From the NCBI GenBank assembly GCA_027335685.1, contig DAHWHN010000034.1, positions 3,241-67,240 of the forward strand: a stretch of 64,000 nucleotides of DNA. The letters run 5' to 3'. The notes beneath the pieces were generated by a model. The model was not told the origin of the DNA. It did not search any database and saw only the letters and a list, made by a program, of their open reading frames with translations. The DNA comes from Acidimicrobiaceae bacterium. GTDB taxonomy: Bacteria > Actinomycetota > Acidimicrobiia > Acidimicrobiales > Bog-793. Position numbers and translations under genes: made by a program. Shown in pieces: positions 19,602 to 29,248 of this stretch (positions within the stretch are counted from its first letter, which is position 1; each line of letters begins with the position of its first letter).

Positions 19602-20497
19602 CGCTCGGAGTCGGCGCCGCGGACCGCCACGGCCCGGGGGCGCGCGCCTGGGTCGCCGCGTCGCGGCCGCGCACGTTGCCGGCGGCCGTCGTCCCCGTCG
19701 CCGTCGGCGTCGCGATCGCCCATGCGACCGCGCAGGTGGTCTGGTGGCGCGCCGCGCTTGCGCTCGTCGTCTCGCTCGCGATCCAGGTCGGGACGAACTT
19801 CGCGAACGACTACTCCGACGGGGTGCGCGGCACCGACGAGGCACGCGTCGGGCCGGTGCGCCTCGTGGTCGGCGGCCTGGCGGAGCCGGCGACCGTGAAG
19901 CGTGCCGCGATCGCGACCTTCGCCGTCGCGGCGGCGGCGGGCCTCGCCGTCGCCCTCGCGACCTCGCCCTGGCTCGTCGTCGTCGGCGCGGCGTCGATCG
20001 CGGCGGGGTGGCTCTACACCGGAGGGCCGCGCCCTTACGGCTACGCAGGGCTCGGCGAGGTCTTCGTCTTCGCCTTCTTCGGTGTCGTCGCCGTCGCCGG
20101 CACGGTCTACGTCGCGTGCGGCCGGCTGCCCGGCCTCGCCTTCGTCGCTGCCGTCCCGGTGGGCCTGCTCGCCGTCTCGCTGCTCGTCGTCAACAACCTC
20201 CGGGACATCCCGACCGACGAGCGTTCCGGGAAGCGGACGCTCGCGGTCCTGCTCGGCGATGCCCGGACCCGCTACCTCTACGCAGGGTGCGTCGCCCTCG
20301 CGCTCGTGGCCAGCACCGCCGTCGCCGCGTGGCGACCCGGGTCGCTGCTCGCCCTTCTCGCCACCGTCTTGGCCGTCCGGCCGGTGCGCAAGGTGCTCGG
20401 CGGCGTGGCCGGCCGCGACCTCGTCGCGGTGCTCGGCATGACCGGGGCCCTCCAGATCGCCTTCGGCGTGCTGCTCGCGGTCGGGATCGCTCTGTGA
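19598..20497 (+). CDS. menA: 1,4-dihydroxy-2-naphthoate polyprenyltransferase
   Basis: Polytopic UbiA-family protein with [14 protein letters not shown] and [19 protein letters not shown] motifs. GTG overlaps the menB stop (GTGA). Confidence 0.9.
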   Translation: MTLGVGAADRHGPGARAWVAASRPRTLPAAVVPVAVGVAIAHATAQVVWWRAALALVVSLAIQVGTNFANDYSDGVRGTDEARVGPVRLVVGGLAEPATVKRAAIATFAVAAAAGLAVALATSPWLVVVGAASIAAGWLYTGGPRPYGYAGLGEVFVFAFFGVVAVAGTVYVACGRLPGLAFVAAVPVGLLAVSLLVVNNLRDIPTDERSGKRTLAVLLGDARTRYLYAGCVALALVASTAVAAWRPGSLLALLATVLAVRPVRKVLGGVAGRDLVAVLGMTGALQIAFGVLLAVGIAL

Positions 20498-20546
20498 GGC
20501 GCCCCGTCGCCAGAGGCCCGCTTCCCGCCGGGCTCGCCACGACCGG

Positions 20547-21386
20547 TCACGGCCCGCTCGCGAGGCAGCGCCCGAGCAGCGCCGCGAACGCGTCGGGCGC
20601 CTCGAACGGCACGGCGTGACCGACGTCGGGCACGACCTCGTGGCGGGCGTTCGGCCCGATCGCAGCGGCCATGTGCCGGGCGAGCGCGTCGAAGCGCTCG
20701 TCCTTCGCGCCCGTGACGAGCGTGACCGGCATCTCGAGCCCGGCGAGCCGGTCGTAGGACGGGACCTGGGTGCCCGTCCCCATCGTCCGCAGCGACGCCG
20801 CGAGGCCGCGGGGTGTGTTGGCGAGCCGGGACGCGACGTCGGCCTGGTCGGCGTCGAGGTGCGCGAAGAGCGGTCCGGCGAGCCAGTCGCGCAGGAACTC
20901 CTCGAGACCGGCCGGTTGGCCGTCTGCTGCGTCCAGGCGGTCGGCGAGGGCGTCGTCGGCCGCTCGCCGGGCGGCACGCTCGTGCTCGTCGAGGATCCCT
21001 GCGGTCGCGCCGACGAGGACGAGGCTCTCGACGAGCTCGGGATGCTCGAGCGCGAGCGTGAGGCAGCATCGCCCGCCGAGGGAGTAACCGACGTAACAGG
21101 CGCGCCCTCCTGCATCGCCGACGAGCGACGCGGCGTCGGAGAGGCTGGTCACCGCGCAGGCCGCCGAGGCGCCGTGGCCGGGCAGGTCGACGGTGACCAC
21201 CTCGTAGCGGTCGCCGAGCGCGGCGACGACCCGTCGCCACGAGGCGGCTGTCTGGGTGAACCCGTGGACGAGCACGACGCGCGGGCCCGCCCCCTCGCGG
21301 TGCGCTGCGAGGGCTCCCGTGGCGCCCCGGCCGACCGGCCCGGTCGGCTGGCCCGTTGCGGGTCGCCGCGCGTCGGAGGGTGCCAC
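20547..21386 (-). CDS. menH: alpha/beta hydrolase, probable 2-succinyl-6-hydroxy-2,4-cyclohexadiene-1-carboxylate synthase
   Basis: VVLVHGFTQTAASW...GYSLGG (nucleophile elbow)...DVGHAVPFE. Divergent from menD. The start may lie downstream of 21386. Confidence 0.7.
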   Translation of the reverse strand: MAPSDARRPATGQPTGPVGRGATGALAAHREGAGPRVVLVHGFTQTAASWRRVVAALGDRYEVVTVDLPGHGASAACAVTSLSDAASLVGDAGGRACYVGYSLGGRCCLTLALEHPELVESLVLVGATAGILDEHERAARRAADDALADRLDAADGQPAGLEEFLRDWLAGPLFAHLDADQADVASRLANTPRGLAASLRTMGTGTQVPSYDRLAGLEMPVTLVTGAKDERFDALARHMAAAIGPNARHEVVPDVGHAVPFEAPDAFAALLGRCLASGP

Positions 21387-21430
21387 GGCGCGAGGGTACC
21401 GGACGGCTGCACGGCGAGAGACCGGGGCAC

Positions 21431-23344
21431 GTGGTGAGCACGCAGGCAGAGTTCGCGGCGACGCTCGTCGACGAGTGGGCCCGCGCCGGGGTCCGGGACG
21501 CGGTCGTCTGTCCGGGCTCGCGCTCGGCTCCGCTCGCGACGGCCCTGCTCGCGAGTGACGCGATCCGGGTCCACGTCCGGCTCGACGAGCGGTCCGCCGC
21601 GTTCTTCGCGCTCGGCTGCGCGCTCGGCTCCGGGCGTCCCGCGCTCGTCGTCACGACGTCGGGGACCGCCGCCGCGGAGCTGCACCCGGCGGTGCTCGAG
21701 GCCGATCTCGCCGGCGTCCCGCTCGTCGTCTGCACGGCGGACCGCCCGGTCGAGCTCCACGGTGTCGGCGCGCCGCAGACGGTCGACCAGCAGGGCATCT
21801 TCGGCCGTGCCGTCCGGTTCTCCTGCGAGCCTGGCGTCGCGGAGGAGGCGACGCGCTCCTCGTGGCGGTCGCTCGCGAGCCGGCTCGTCGCCGAGGCGAC
21901 GAGTGGGCCTGCAGGGCCCGGTCCGGTCCACGCGAACCTCGCTTTTCGCGAGCCCCTCTCGGGCGAGGTGGCCGGGCTTCCCTCGCCACGGCCTGCGCCG
22001 GCGCCGCGGTCTGAGCCGGAGCCGGGCCAGGCCGGCTTGGGCGCGGGACCGACCTGGCACCGAGCCGTTCGTGCGGGTTCTGCGGGGGTCGACGTGGTCG
22101 AGGCGGTCGACGCGGTGCTCGCCGGGGCCGCGCGCGGGGTCGTCGTCGCGGGGGCGGGTGCGGCAGGGTCCTCGCCCGCAGGCCGCGACGGCGTGCTGTC
22201 CCTGGGGCACGCGCTCGGTTGGCCCGTGCTCGCCGACCCGCGCGCCTGGCCGCGTGGCGCCCACCCCGGCGTCGTCGCAGCGGCCGACGGCGTTCTGCGC
22301 GCCAACGCCGCGCAGCGTGAGCTCGTCCCCGACGTCGTGGTCCACCTCGGCGCGCCGCACGCGTCGAAGGTGCTCGCTCAGTGGTGCGCCGAGACGGCGC
22401 GGCTCGGTGCCGTGCACGTCCTCGTCGACACCGTCGGCCGCTTCCGGGACCCGGACCGCATCGCGGCGCTGGTCGTCGCAGCGGATCCCGGCGAGCTCTG
22501 CGCAGCGCTCGCGGCACGCCTCCACGCCGCGCCGCGAGCCGACGCCGGTGCCTGGCTCGCGTCCTGGGAGGCAGCCGAGCGCGCGGCGCAGCTGGCGATC
22601 GACGGCGTGCTCGCCGGGCGCGGCGCCTGCAGCGAGCCCGGCATCGCCCGGGAGTTGTTCGCGCTCGTGCCCGACGACGCGACGCTCGTCGTCTCGTCGT
22701 CGATGCCCATCCGCGACCTCGAGTGGTACGCCCGCCCGCGCGCGGGCGCGCCGCGAGTGCTCGCGAACCGGGGGGCGAACGGAATCGACGGGGTCGTCTC
22801 GACCGTGCTCGGTGTCGCAGCGGCTGCTGCGACGGACGGTGCCGCGGGGCCAGGCGAGACCGCAGCGCGCCCTGGCGAGCCGGCGCCGCGCGCGGGGCGC
22901 GCCGCCAAGCCGACGATCGGCTTGCTCGGCGACCTCGCGCTGCTCCACGATCTCTCCGGCCTCGTCTGGGGACGCGCCGAGGTGCGCCCGGACGCGACGC
23001 TCGTCGTCGTCGACAACGGCGGAGGGGGCATCTTCGACTTCCTGCCCTACGCGACTGCTCTCGACGCGCAGCGGTTCGCTCGCGCCTTCCGGACGCCGCA
23101 GGGCGCGGACATCGCGGGGGTCGCGCGGGCGCTCGGCTGCGCGGTCCGCGAGGTCACCGAGATGGCGGGGCTCGCGAGGGGCCTCGCGGTCTCGCTCGAC
23201 GAGCCCGGGATCTCGGTCCTGCTCGTGCGCACGCCGCCGCACGGCAACGTCGCGCTCCACGACGAGATCCACGCGGCCGTCGCCGCAGCGGTGGACGCGG
23301 CGCTGGAGGGCTCGGCAACGGCGGGCTCGGCGCTCGGGTCCTGA
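21431..23344 (+). CDS. menD: 2-succinyl-5-enolpyruvyl-6-hydroxy-3-cyclohexene-1-carboxylate synthase
   Basis: FAATLVDEWARAGVRDAVVCPGSRSAPLA...DERSAAFFALG...TSGTAAAELHPAVLEA is a ThDP-enzyme MenD N-terminus. The C-terminal GDLALLHD..GL...VVVDNGGGGIF is the ThDP-binding motif. Start is GTG 21431 or 21434. Confidence 0.9.
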   Translation: MVSTQAEFAATLVDEWARAGVRDAVVCPGSRSAPLATALLASDAIRVHVRLDERSAAFFALGCALGSGRPALVVTTSGTAAAELHPAVLEADLAGVPLVVCTADRPVELHGVGAPQTVDQQGIFGRAVRFSCEPGVAEEATRSSWRSLASRLVAEATSGPAGPGPVHANLAFREPLSGEVAGLPSPRPAPAPRSEPEPGQAGLGAGPTWHRAVRAGSAGVDVVEAVDAVLAGAARGVVVAGAGAAGSSPAGRDGVLSLGHALGWPVLADPRAWPRGAHPGVVAAADGVLRANAAQRELVPDVVVHLGAPHASKVLAQWCAETARLGAVHVLVDTVGRFRDPDRIAALVVAADPGELCAALAARLHAAPRADAGAWLASWEAAERAAQLAIDGVLAGRGACSEPGIARELFALVPDDATLVVSSSMPIRDLEWYARPRAGAPRVLANRGANGIDGVVSTVLGVAAAAATDGAAGPGETAARPGEPAPRAGRAAKPTIGLLGDLALLHDLSGLVWGRAEVRPDATLVVVDNGGGGIFDFLPYATALDAQRFARAFRTPQGADIAGVARALGCAVREVTEMAGLARGLAVSLDEPGISVLLVRTPPHGNVALHDEIHAAVAAAVDAALEGSATAGSALGS

Positions 23345-23395
23345 TCCGGGCTGCTCGCCCGTCCCGGCCGAGTTCGGCCAGGCCGCAGGCAGCCG

Positions 23396-23965
23396 TCAGA
23401 TCGAGTCGAAGACCTCCGGCCCGGTGAAATGGTGCGCCGAGATCCCGACGCGCGCGGCGGCTACGACGTTCTCGACCCTGTCGTCGACGAAGGCGACGTC
23501 GGCCGCGTCGGCTCCGAGGCGGCTGAGCAGCGCGTCGTAGATCGCCGGGTCCGGCTTGGTGATGCGGAGGTCGCAGCTGAAGACGCGGTGCTCGAAGCGA
23601 GAGAGCCAGGGCGTCACGTCGAGGGTCCGGGCGATGTCGACGGGTGCGTTCGACAGCAGCGCGAGCCGCCACCCGCGCCCGGCCGCGCGTTCGATGGCCG
23701 CCGTCGACGCAGGGTTGAGCCGGGTCCAGCCGGCCGTGTCGGCGGCGACGCACGCTGCGAGGCGCTCGTCGTCGAGCTCGGCGCGCGCGACGCTTGCCCA
23801 GAAGGTCCGCGCGTCGATGTCGCCGCGGTCGTACTCGATGCGCCGAACCCAGTAGGCCTCGGCGAAGTGCTCGGGATCGAGCCCGCACAGCGTCGCGGCG
23901 CGGGCGACGTCGTCGGCAGTCGGGCTCAAGCTGATCACATCGCCGTAGTCGCAAACGAGCCACAT
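23396..23965 (-). CDS. HAD-superfamily hydrolase
   Basis: N-terminal MWLVCDYGDV (DxxxD-type motif I variant), LLSNAP (motif II) and a C-terminal FVDDRVENV (motif IV). An alternative GTG start exists at 23980. Confidence 0.7.
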   Translation of the reverse strand: MWLVCDYGDVISLSPTADDVARAATLCGLDPEHFAEAYWVRRIEYDRGDIDARTFWASVARAELDDERLAACVAADTAGWTRLNPASTAAIERAAGRGWRLALLSNAPVDIARTLDVTPWLSRFEHRVFSCDLRITKPDPAIYDALLSRLGADAADVAFVDDRVENVVAAARVGISAHHFTGPEVFDSI

Positions 23966-24060
23966 CGTCGTCCCCGTCACCTTCTCCCGCGTCCCGACAG
24001 CCGGCGATCCGCCGGCGCGGTCGCAACCTACCAGCAGGCGCGACGGGTCCGGGAGCTCGC

Positions 24061-24093
24061 CGCCGCCCTGCCGCCGCCCTGCCGCCGTCCCGC
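24061..24093. repeat. 11-bp tandem repeat (cgccgccctgc x2 plus degenerate cgccgtcccgc)
   Basis: Read directly in the divergent HAD/CBS intergenic region. Confidence 0.85.
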
Positions 24094-24269
24094 ACGGACC
24101 TGCACGGCACGGCGCGGCGTCGTTCGTCGCAGGCGGCTTGCGAACTTTTCCCCGCGCGCCCGCCGCCAGGCCCCTACACTGGGGCTGCGGGTCGGACCGG
24201 TGCCGACGGTGCCGGCGGTCCGCTCGAGCCGCCCGCGGGCGCGGGCCGGACCACGAGGAGGACCGTCAG

Positions 24270-24704
24270 GTGAGGATCTCCACGCTTCTCGGCACCAAGG
24301 GTGCCTCGGTCGTCACGATCCGCCGCGCGGCGAGCGTCGCGGACGCCGTCGCGTTGCTGAGCGAGCACGGGGTCGGCGCCCTCGTGGTCTCCGACGACGG
24401 CCTGCACATCGACGGGATCGTCTCCGAGCGCGACGTCGTGCGGCGGCTGCACGACCTGAAGGCAGGGCTGCTCGCGGAGTCCGTGACGCTCATCATGTCG
24501 TCCGAGGTCGAGACGTGCTCGCCGGACGACGACGTCGAGTCGCTGTCGGTGACGATGACCGAGCACCGCATCCGCCACGTGCCCGTCGTGGACGACGGTG
24601 GGGTCCTCGTCGGGATCGTGAGCATCGGCGACGTCGTCAAGAGCCGGATGGAGGAGCTCCAGAGGGACCGGGACGTGCTGGTCGAGTACATCCACGCCCG
24701 GTAG
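24270..24704 (+). CDS. CBS domain pair protein
   Basis: 144 aa with two CBS-like units (...AVALLSEHGVGALVVSDDG..IDGIVSERDVVR... and ...MTEHRIRHVPVVDDGGVLVGIVSIGDVVK). GTG at 24270 sits 8 nt after GAGGAGG. Confidence 0.85.
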   Translation: MRISTLLGTKGASVVTIRRAASVADAVALLSEHGVGALVVSDDGLHIDGIVSERDVVRRLHDLKAGLLAESVTLIMSSEVETCSPDDDVESLSVTMTEHRIRHVPVVDDGGVLVGIVSIGDVVKSRMEELQRDRDVLVEYIHAR

Positions 24705-24772
24705 CAGCGCCGCGTGCCGCTCACCTAGTCTCGGGTCGAGGCGCGCGCGTGCGCGCGGCGCGGGAGGTCCGG

Positions 24773-27700
24773 GTGCACGTCGACGTCGCAAGCGTGGAGG
24801 GCCGCGTCCGCCGGCTGCTCGAGGAGCGGTTGCGGCCGGCCGTGCGCCGGGACGCGGTCGCCTGCGCGGTCGGTGCGTTCGTCGTCGACGGCGAGCCGGT
24901 CGTCCCGGCGGTCGGGATCGGCGCGGACTACCAGCCCATCGCCCCGGGCACGCCGTGGGGGCGCCCGTGGGGCACGACGTGGCTGCGCGTCGCCGGGCGC
25001 GTCCCGCCGGCGTGGTCCGGCCGGCGCGTCGAGCTCGTCGTCGACCTCGGCTTCGGTCCGCAGAGCCCCGGATTCCAGGCCGAGGGCCTCGTCTTCGACG
25101 AGTCGGGGGTGCCCGTGACGGGCATCGCGCCCCGCAACGACACGGTGCCGCTCGAGCTCCTCGGAGCCGGAGCCGGCGACGACGTGCTCGTCTACGTCGA
25201 GGCGGCGTCGAACCCCGCCGTGATGGGTGCCGGCGACAGCTTCGCGCCGACCCGTGCCGGCGACCGTGCGACTGCCGGGACCGATCCGCTGTACCGGCTC
25301 GGCCGCATCGAGCTCTGCACCGTCGACGAGGAGCTCGACGGGCTGTGCCTCGACGTCGAGGTCCTCGTCGGGCTGGCGGCGCAGCTCGAGGCGCACGACC
25401 CGCGCCAGGCGGCGCTCTGGCGTGCGCTCGACCAGATGGCCGACGCCGTCGACCTCGACGACGTGCCGGGCAGCGCGCGCGCTGCGCGAGCGGAGCTCGC
25501 CGAGGTGCTCGCGAGCCCGGCACATGCCAGCGCGCACCGGGTGACGGCGGTCGGCCATGCGCACATCGACTCGGCGTGGCTCTGGCCCGTGCGCGAGACG
25601 GTCCGCAAGTGCGCGCGCACCTTCGCGAACGTCCTCTCGCTCGCCGAGCGCCACCCCGAGCTCGTCTTCGCCTGTTCCCAGGCCCAGCAGTACGCGGGGG
25701 TGCGCGACGGCTACCCGGAGCTGTTCGAGCGGGTGCGCGCACGGGTGCGGACCGGCCAGTGGGTGCCCGTCGGGGGGACCTGGGTCGAGCCCGACGGCAA
25801 CCTGTGCGGCAGCGAGGCGCTTGCTCGCCAGCTCGTCCTCGGTCGCCGGTTCTTCGCGGACGAGCTCGGCGTCGAGTGACCCGAGGTGTGGCTTCCGGAC
25901 TCGTTCGGCTACAGCGCCGCCTGGCCGCAGCTCGCCCGGCTCGCAGGCGCGCGCTATTTCCTAACCCAGAAGCTCTCGTGGAACCAGACGAACGTCTTCC
26001 CCCACTCGACTTTTCTCTGGGAAGGCATCGACGGGACCCGGATCCTCACGCATTTCCCGCCGGTGGCGACGTACAACGCGGAGCTCTCGCCCGAGGAGCT
26101 CGCACGCGCGTCGCGCGGCGACACCGTGCACGGCCGCGGCACGCGCTCGCTCGTCCCGTTCGGCTACGGCGACGGCGGGGGAGGGCCGACCCACGAGATG
26201 CTCGAGCGGGCAGCCCGCCAGCGGGACCTCGAGGGATCGCCCCGGGTCGAGGTCGCATCTCCCGCGACGTTCTTTCGCGAGGTCGAGGAAGAGCAGGCCG
26301 AGCTCCCCGTCTGGTCCGGCGAGCTCTACCTCGAGCTCCACCGGGGAACCTTCACCTCCCAGGCGCGGCTCAAGCGGGCGAACCGCCGGTGCGAGCACCT
26401 GCTGCGCGAGGCCGAGCTGTGGTGGACGGCAGTGCTCGTCGCCGGGCTGGGGGAGTACCCCGACGCCGACCTCGACAGCTGCTGGAAGACACTGCTGCTC
26501 CAGCAGTTCCACGACATCTTGCCGGGCAGCTCGATCGCGTGGGTGAACGACGACGCCGCCGCTGCATACGCCGGGCTCGAGGAGCACCTCGAGGAGCTCG
26601 TCGGCACCGCTCTGTCGCTGCTGACCGGGCCGGGGGACGACGCCGTGGCGTGCAACGCGGGTCCCTTCGCGCTCTCCGGCGTGCCCGCCCTCGGCGCCGC
26701 CCCGCTCGCCGCCCCCGCTCCCGGCCCGGGCGTGACGATCGGCCCGGGCGATACGCCCGGCTCGCTCGTGCTCGACAACGGGCTCGTGCGGCTCGGGCTC
26801 GTCGCCGCGGGCCTGCTCGCGTCGGTCCGCGACCTCGTGGAGGACCGCGAGCTCGTCGCGCCGGGGTGCCGCGCGAACCTGCTCCAGCTCCACCGCGACC
26901 TGCCGAACCGCTGGGGCGCCTGGGACGTCGACGCCTTCTACCGCCGGTCCGTCGTCGACCTCGACGCGTGCGACGCCGTCGAGGTCGTCGAGGACGGTCC
27001 GGCACAGGTCGTCGTCGAGGTCCGCCGGAGCTTCGGCGCGCGCGGCGCGTCGCGAGCGGTCCAGCGTGTCCGCCTGCGTGCGCTCGAGCGCCGCGTCGAG
27101 CTCGAGACCGAGGTCGACTGGCAGGAGGACGAGAAGCTGCTCAAGCTCGCCTTCCCCGTCGACGTACGGGCCGAGTGGACGAGCGCGGAGATCCAGTACG
27201 GTCACGTCCGACGGCCCCTGCACGTCAACACCTCGTGGGACGCGGCACGCTTCGAGGTCGTCATGCACCGCTTCGTCCACCTCGGGGAGGACGGCTACGG
27301 CGTCGCGCTCGCGAGCGACAGCACCTACGGCTACGACGCGACGCGCACGACGCGTCCCGACGGCGGCACGACGACGACCGTGCGGCTGTCGCTCGTGCGC
27401 GGTCCGCGCTTTCCCGACCCTCGGGCCGACCACGGCCACCACAGGTTCGGCGTCATGCTCGCGCCCGGTGCCACGACAAGGGGCGCGGTCGCCGAGGGGT
27501 ACCGCGCCAACCTGCCCCTGCGGGTCGTCACGGGCCGCTCAGGCGTCGCGCCGGTCGTGGCGGTCGACGACGGGGGCCGCGGCGCCGTCGTCGTCGAAGC
27601 CGTCAAGGCTGCCGACGACCGCTCGGGCGCTGTGGTCGTGCGCCTCTACGAGGCGCTCGGCGGCCGGGTGCGCGCACTGCTGACGCCCGGCTTTCCTGCA

Positions 27701-27838
27701 GTGTCGGCCGCGCGCGCCGACCTGCTCGAGCGGCCCCTCGCAGGTGGCGAGCTGGCACGAGACGACCAGGGCGGCTTCGCGCTCGAGCTGCGCCCGTTCG
27801 AGGTCGTGACCGTCGTCCTGCGCCGCCCGCCGGCCTGA
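24773..27838 (+). pseudogene. GH38 alpha-mannosidase interrupted by a single in-frame TGA at 25877-25879
   Basis: ORFs 23429..25879 and 25886..27838 are in the same frame. Reading across the stop gives ...FFADELGVE*PEVWLPDSFGYSAAWPQL..., which splits the metal-binding HAHIDSAWLW region from the conserved WLPDxFGY nucleophile motif. GTG at 24773 (MHVDVASVEGR...) follows GGGAGG. Confidence 0.85.
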
Positions 27839-27908
27839 CGAGCGACCTCGCGCGTCCGCCGGCAGGGCCCGTCTGCCTGCTCGTCTGCCTGCACGGTAGG
27901 ATCCGGGC

Positions 27909-28349
27909 ATGCCGTTGACCGGGGAGTACGTGCCGAGCACCGAGAAGTGGGTGCGGGACCAGGTGGCGCTCTACGAAGGCTCGGGGGGTCTCGAGGGGAC
28001 GACGCTGCGCGGGATGCCGGTGGTCGTCGTCACGAGCCGGGGGGCCCGTACAGGCAAGCTGCGCAAGACGCCGCTGATGCGCGTCGAGCACGAGGGGCGC
28101 TACGCGCTCGTCGCGTCGAAGGGCGGCGCGCCGACGCACCCGGTGTGGTACTACAACCTGCTCGTCGATCCCCGCATCGAGCTGCGGGACGGGCCGTCGG
28201 TCTGGGACATGGTCGTTCGCGTCGTGGACGGTGACGAGCGCGCCACCTGGTGGGAGAGGGCGGTCGCCGCGTACCCGGACTACGCGAGCTACCAGGACAA
28301 GACCGAGCGGGAGATCCCGGTCTTCGTCGCGGAGCCCGCCACCGCCTGA
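27909..28349 (+). CDS. deazaflavin (F420)-dependent oxidoreductase, nitroreductase/DDN family
   Basis: [55 protein letters not shown] matches the DDN/PNPOx-like split-barrel family pattern. Confidence 0.85.
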   Translation: MPLTGEYVPSTEKWVRDQVALYEGSGGLEGTTLRGMPVVVVTSRGARTGKLRKTPLMRVEHEGRYALVASKGGAPTHPVWYYNLLVDPRIELRDGPSVWDMVVRVVDGDERATWWERAVAAYPDYASYQDKTEREIPVFVAEPATA

Positions 28350-28388
28350 GCCGCGCGTGCCGGGCCGCGGGAGTGGCCGGCCGTCCTC

Positions 28389-29120
28389 TCAGGCGAAGCG
28401 CCGGGCATCGGCTGCCGCGTACCTCGCGACCGCCGTGTCGGTCCCGGCGGCCCGGGTCACGGCCTCGACGGTCGCGCGCAGCCCGCGCGCCGGCAGCGCG
28501 CACGTCATCTCGTCGGGCGTCATCCCGGTCCGGGCTCGGCTCAGCGCGCAGCCGACGCTCGCCGCGGGGACCTGCTTTTCCTTGGCCAGCGCGACGACGT
28601 GGCACTGTGGCTTGCCGCCGATGCGCATCTGCGGCAACGCGTCGGCGAGCACCATCAGCTGGCGACCGTTGACGCGCAGCAACACGACGTCGGGCTCGAC
28701 GTGGGCCGGGGTGTCCCGTAGCGGCCCGTAGGTGATGGCGCCGGGGCGCGCGGCGACAGCGGGGATCCCGCCGACCGCGTCCGGGCTCACCCAGCCGCTC
28801 TCGAGCAGGGCACCGACGTCGTCGCGGCCTGTCACGTCCTCGAGGCGCGCCAGGCCGTGCGTGACGCTCCCGATGCTGCAGTTCCCGTGGTCCTCGGGTG
28901 CGGTCGAGAACGTCGACGTGGCGCCGTGCACCCAGAACACGCAGCCTGCAGAGACCCGACCCCGCCGGCCGTCGGCCGCCGGCTCGCTGAGCGGCGCGCC
29001 GAACCCCGCGACGCCCTCGGGCCGGTCGTGCGAGAAGGTGATCGCGACCGGCGACGTGGCGAGGTGGAGCGCGCAGACGAGACTGTCCGCGAGCTCGCTC
29101 CACTGCGTCGTCGCGTCCAT
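28389..29120 (-). CDS. DUF169 domain-containing protein
   Basis: SPVAITFSHDRPEGV..., ..APEDHGNCSIGSVTHGL.. and ..GCALSRARTG resemble the conserved DUF169 blocks. This is from memory, with no search. Confidence 0.55.
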   Translation of the reverse strand: MDATTQWSELADSLVCALHLATSPVAITFSHDRPEGVAGFGAPLSEPAADGRRGRVSAGCVFWVHGATSTFSTAPEDHGNCSIGSVTHGLARLEDVTGRDDVGALLESGWVSPDAVGGIPAVAARPGAITYGPLRDTPAHVEPDVVLLRVNGRQLMVLADALPQMRIGGKPQCHVVALAKEKQVPAASVGCALSRARTGMTPDEMTCALPARGLRATVEAVTRAAGTDTAVARYAAADARRFA

Positions 29121-29248
29121 GGGTGTCCCTCCTTTGCTGGCGTCGGGTCCGGGTCGGGTCGTCGGGCAAGCGAGAGCCGAGGTGGCGGACCGGGCGGGCT
29201 CGCCCGAGCCGCCCGAGAGCCGGCTCGACGCTGTGGCAGGCTAGCGCG

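Noticed and set aside
24741-24757. A 17-nt alternating purine-pyrimidine tract (gcgcgcgcgtgcgcgcg) upstream of the mannosidase start, as a Z-DNA or regulatory element.
   Set aside because: Such tracts arise easily in GC-rich intergenic DNA. The sequence alone offers no supporting evidence of function.
25877-25879. The in-frame TGA in the mannosidase as a selenocysteine codon.
   Set aside because: I could not fold a convincing SECIS-like hairpin in the 40 nt downstream. GH38 enzymes are not known selenoproteins. The radical SAM family member in this window uses Cys-Cys where Sec-using organisms have Cys-Sec, which argues this organism does not decode Sec.
29121-29248. A T-box riboswitch upstream of tyrS (the segment gaggtggcggaccgggcg vaguely resembles the T-box sequence).
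   Set aside because: The leader is only 128 nt. The conserved GGUGGNACCGCG core is disrupted. I could not identify a specifier-loop/terminator architecture.
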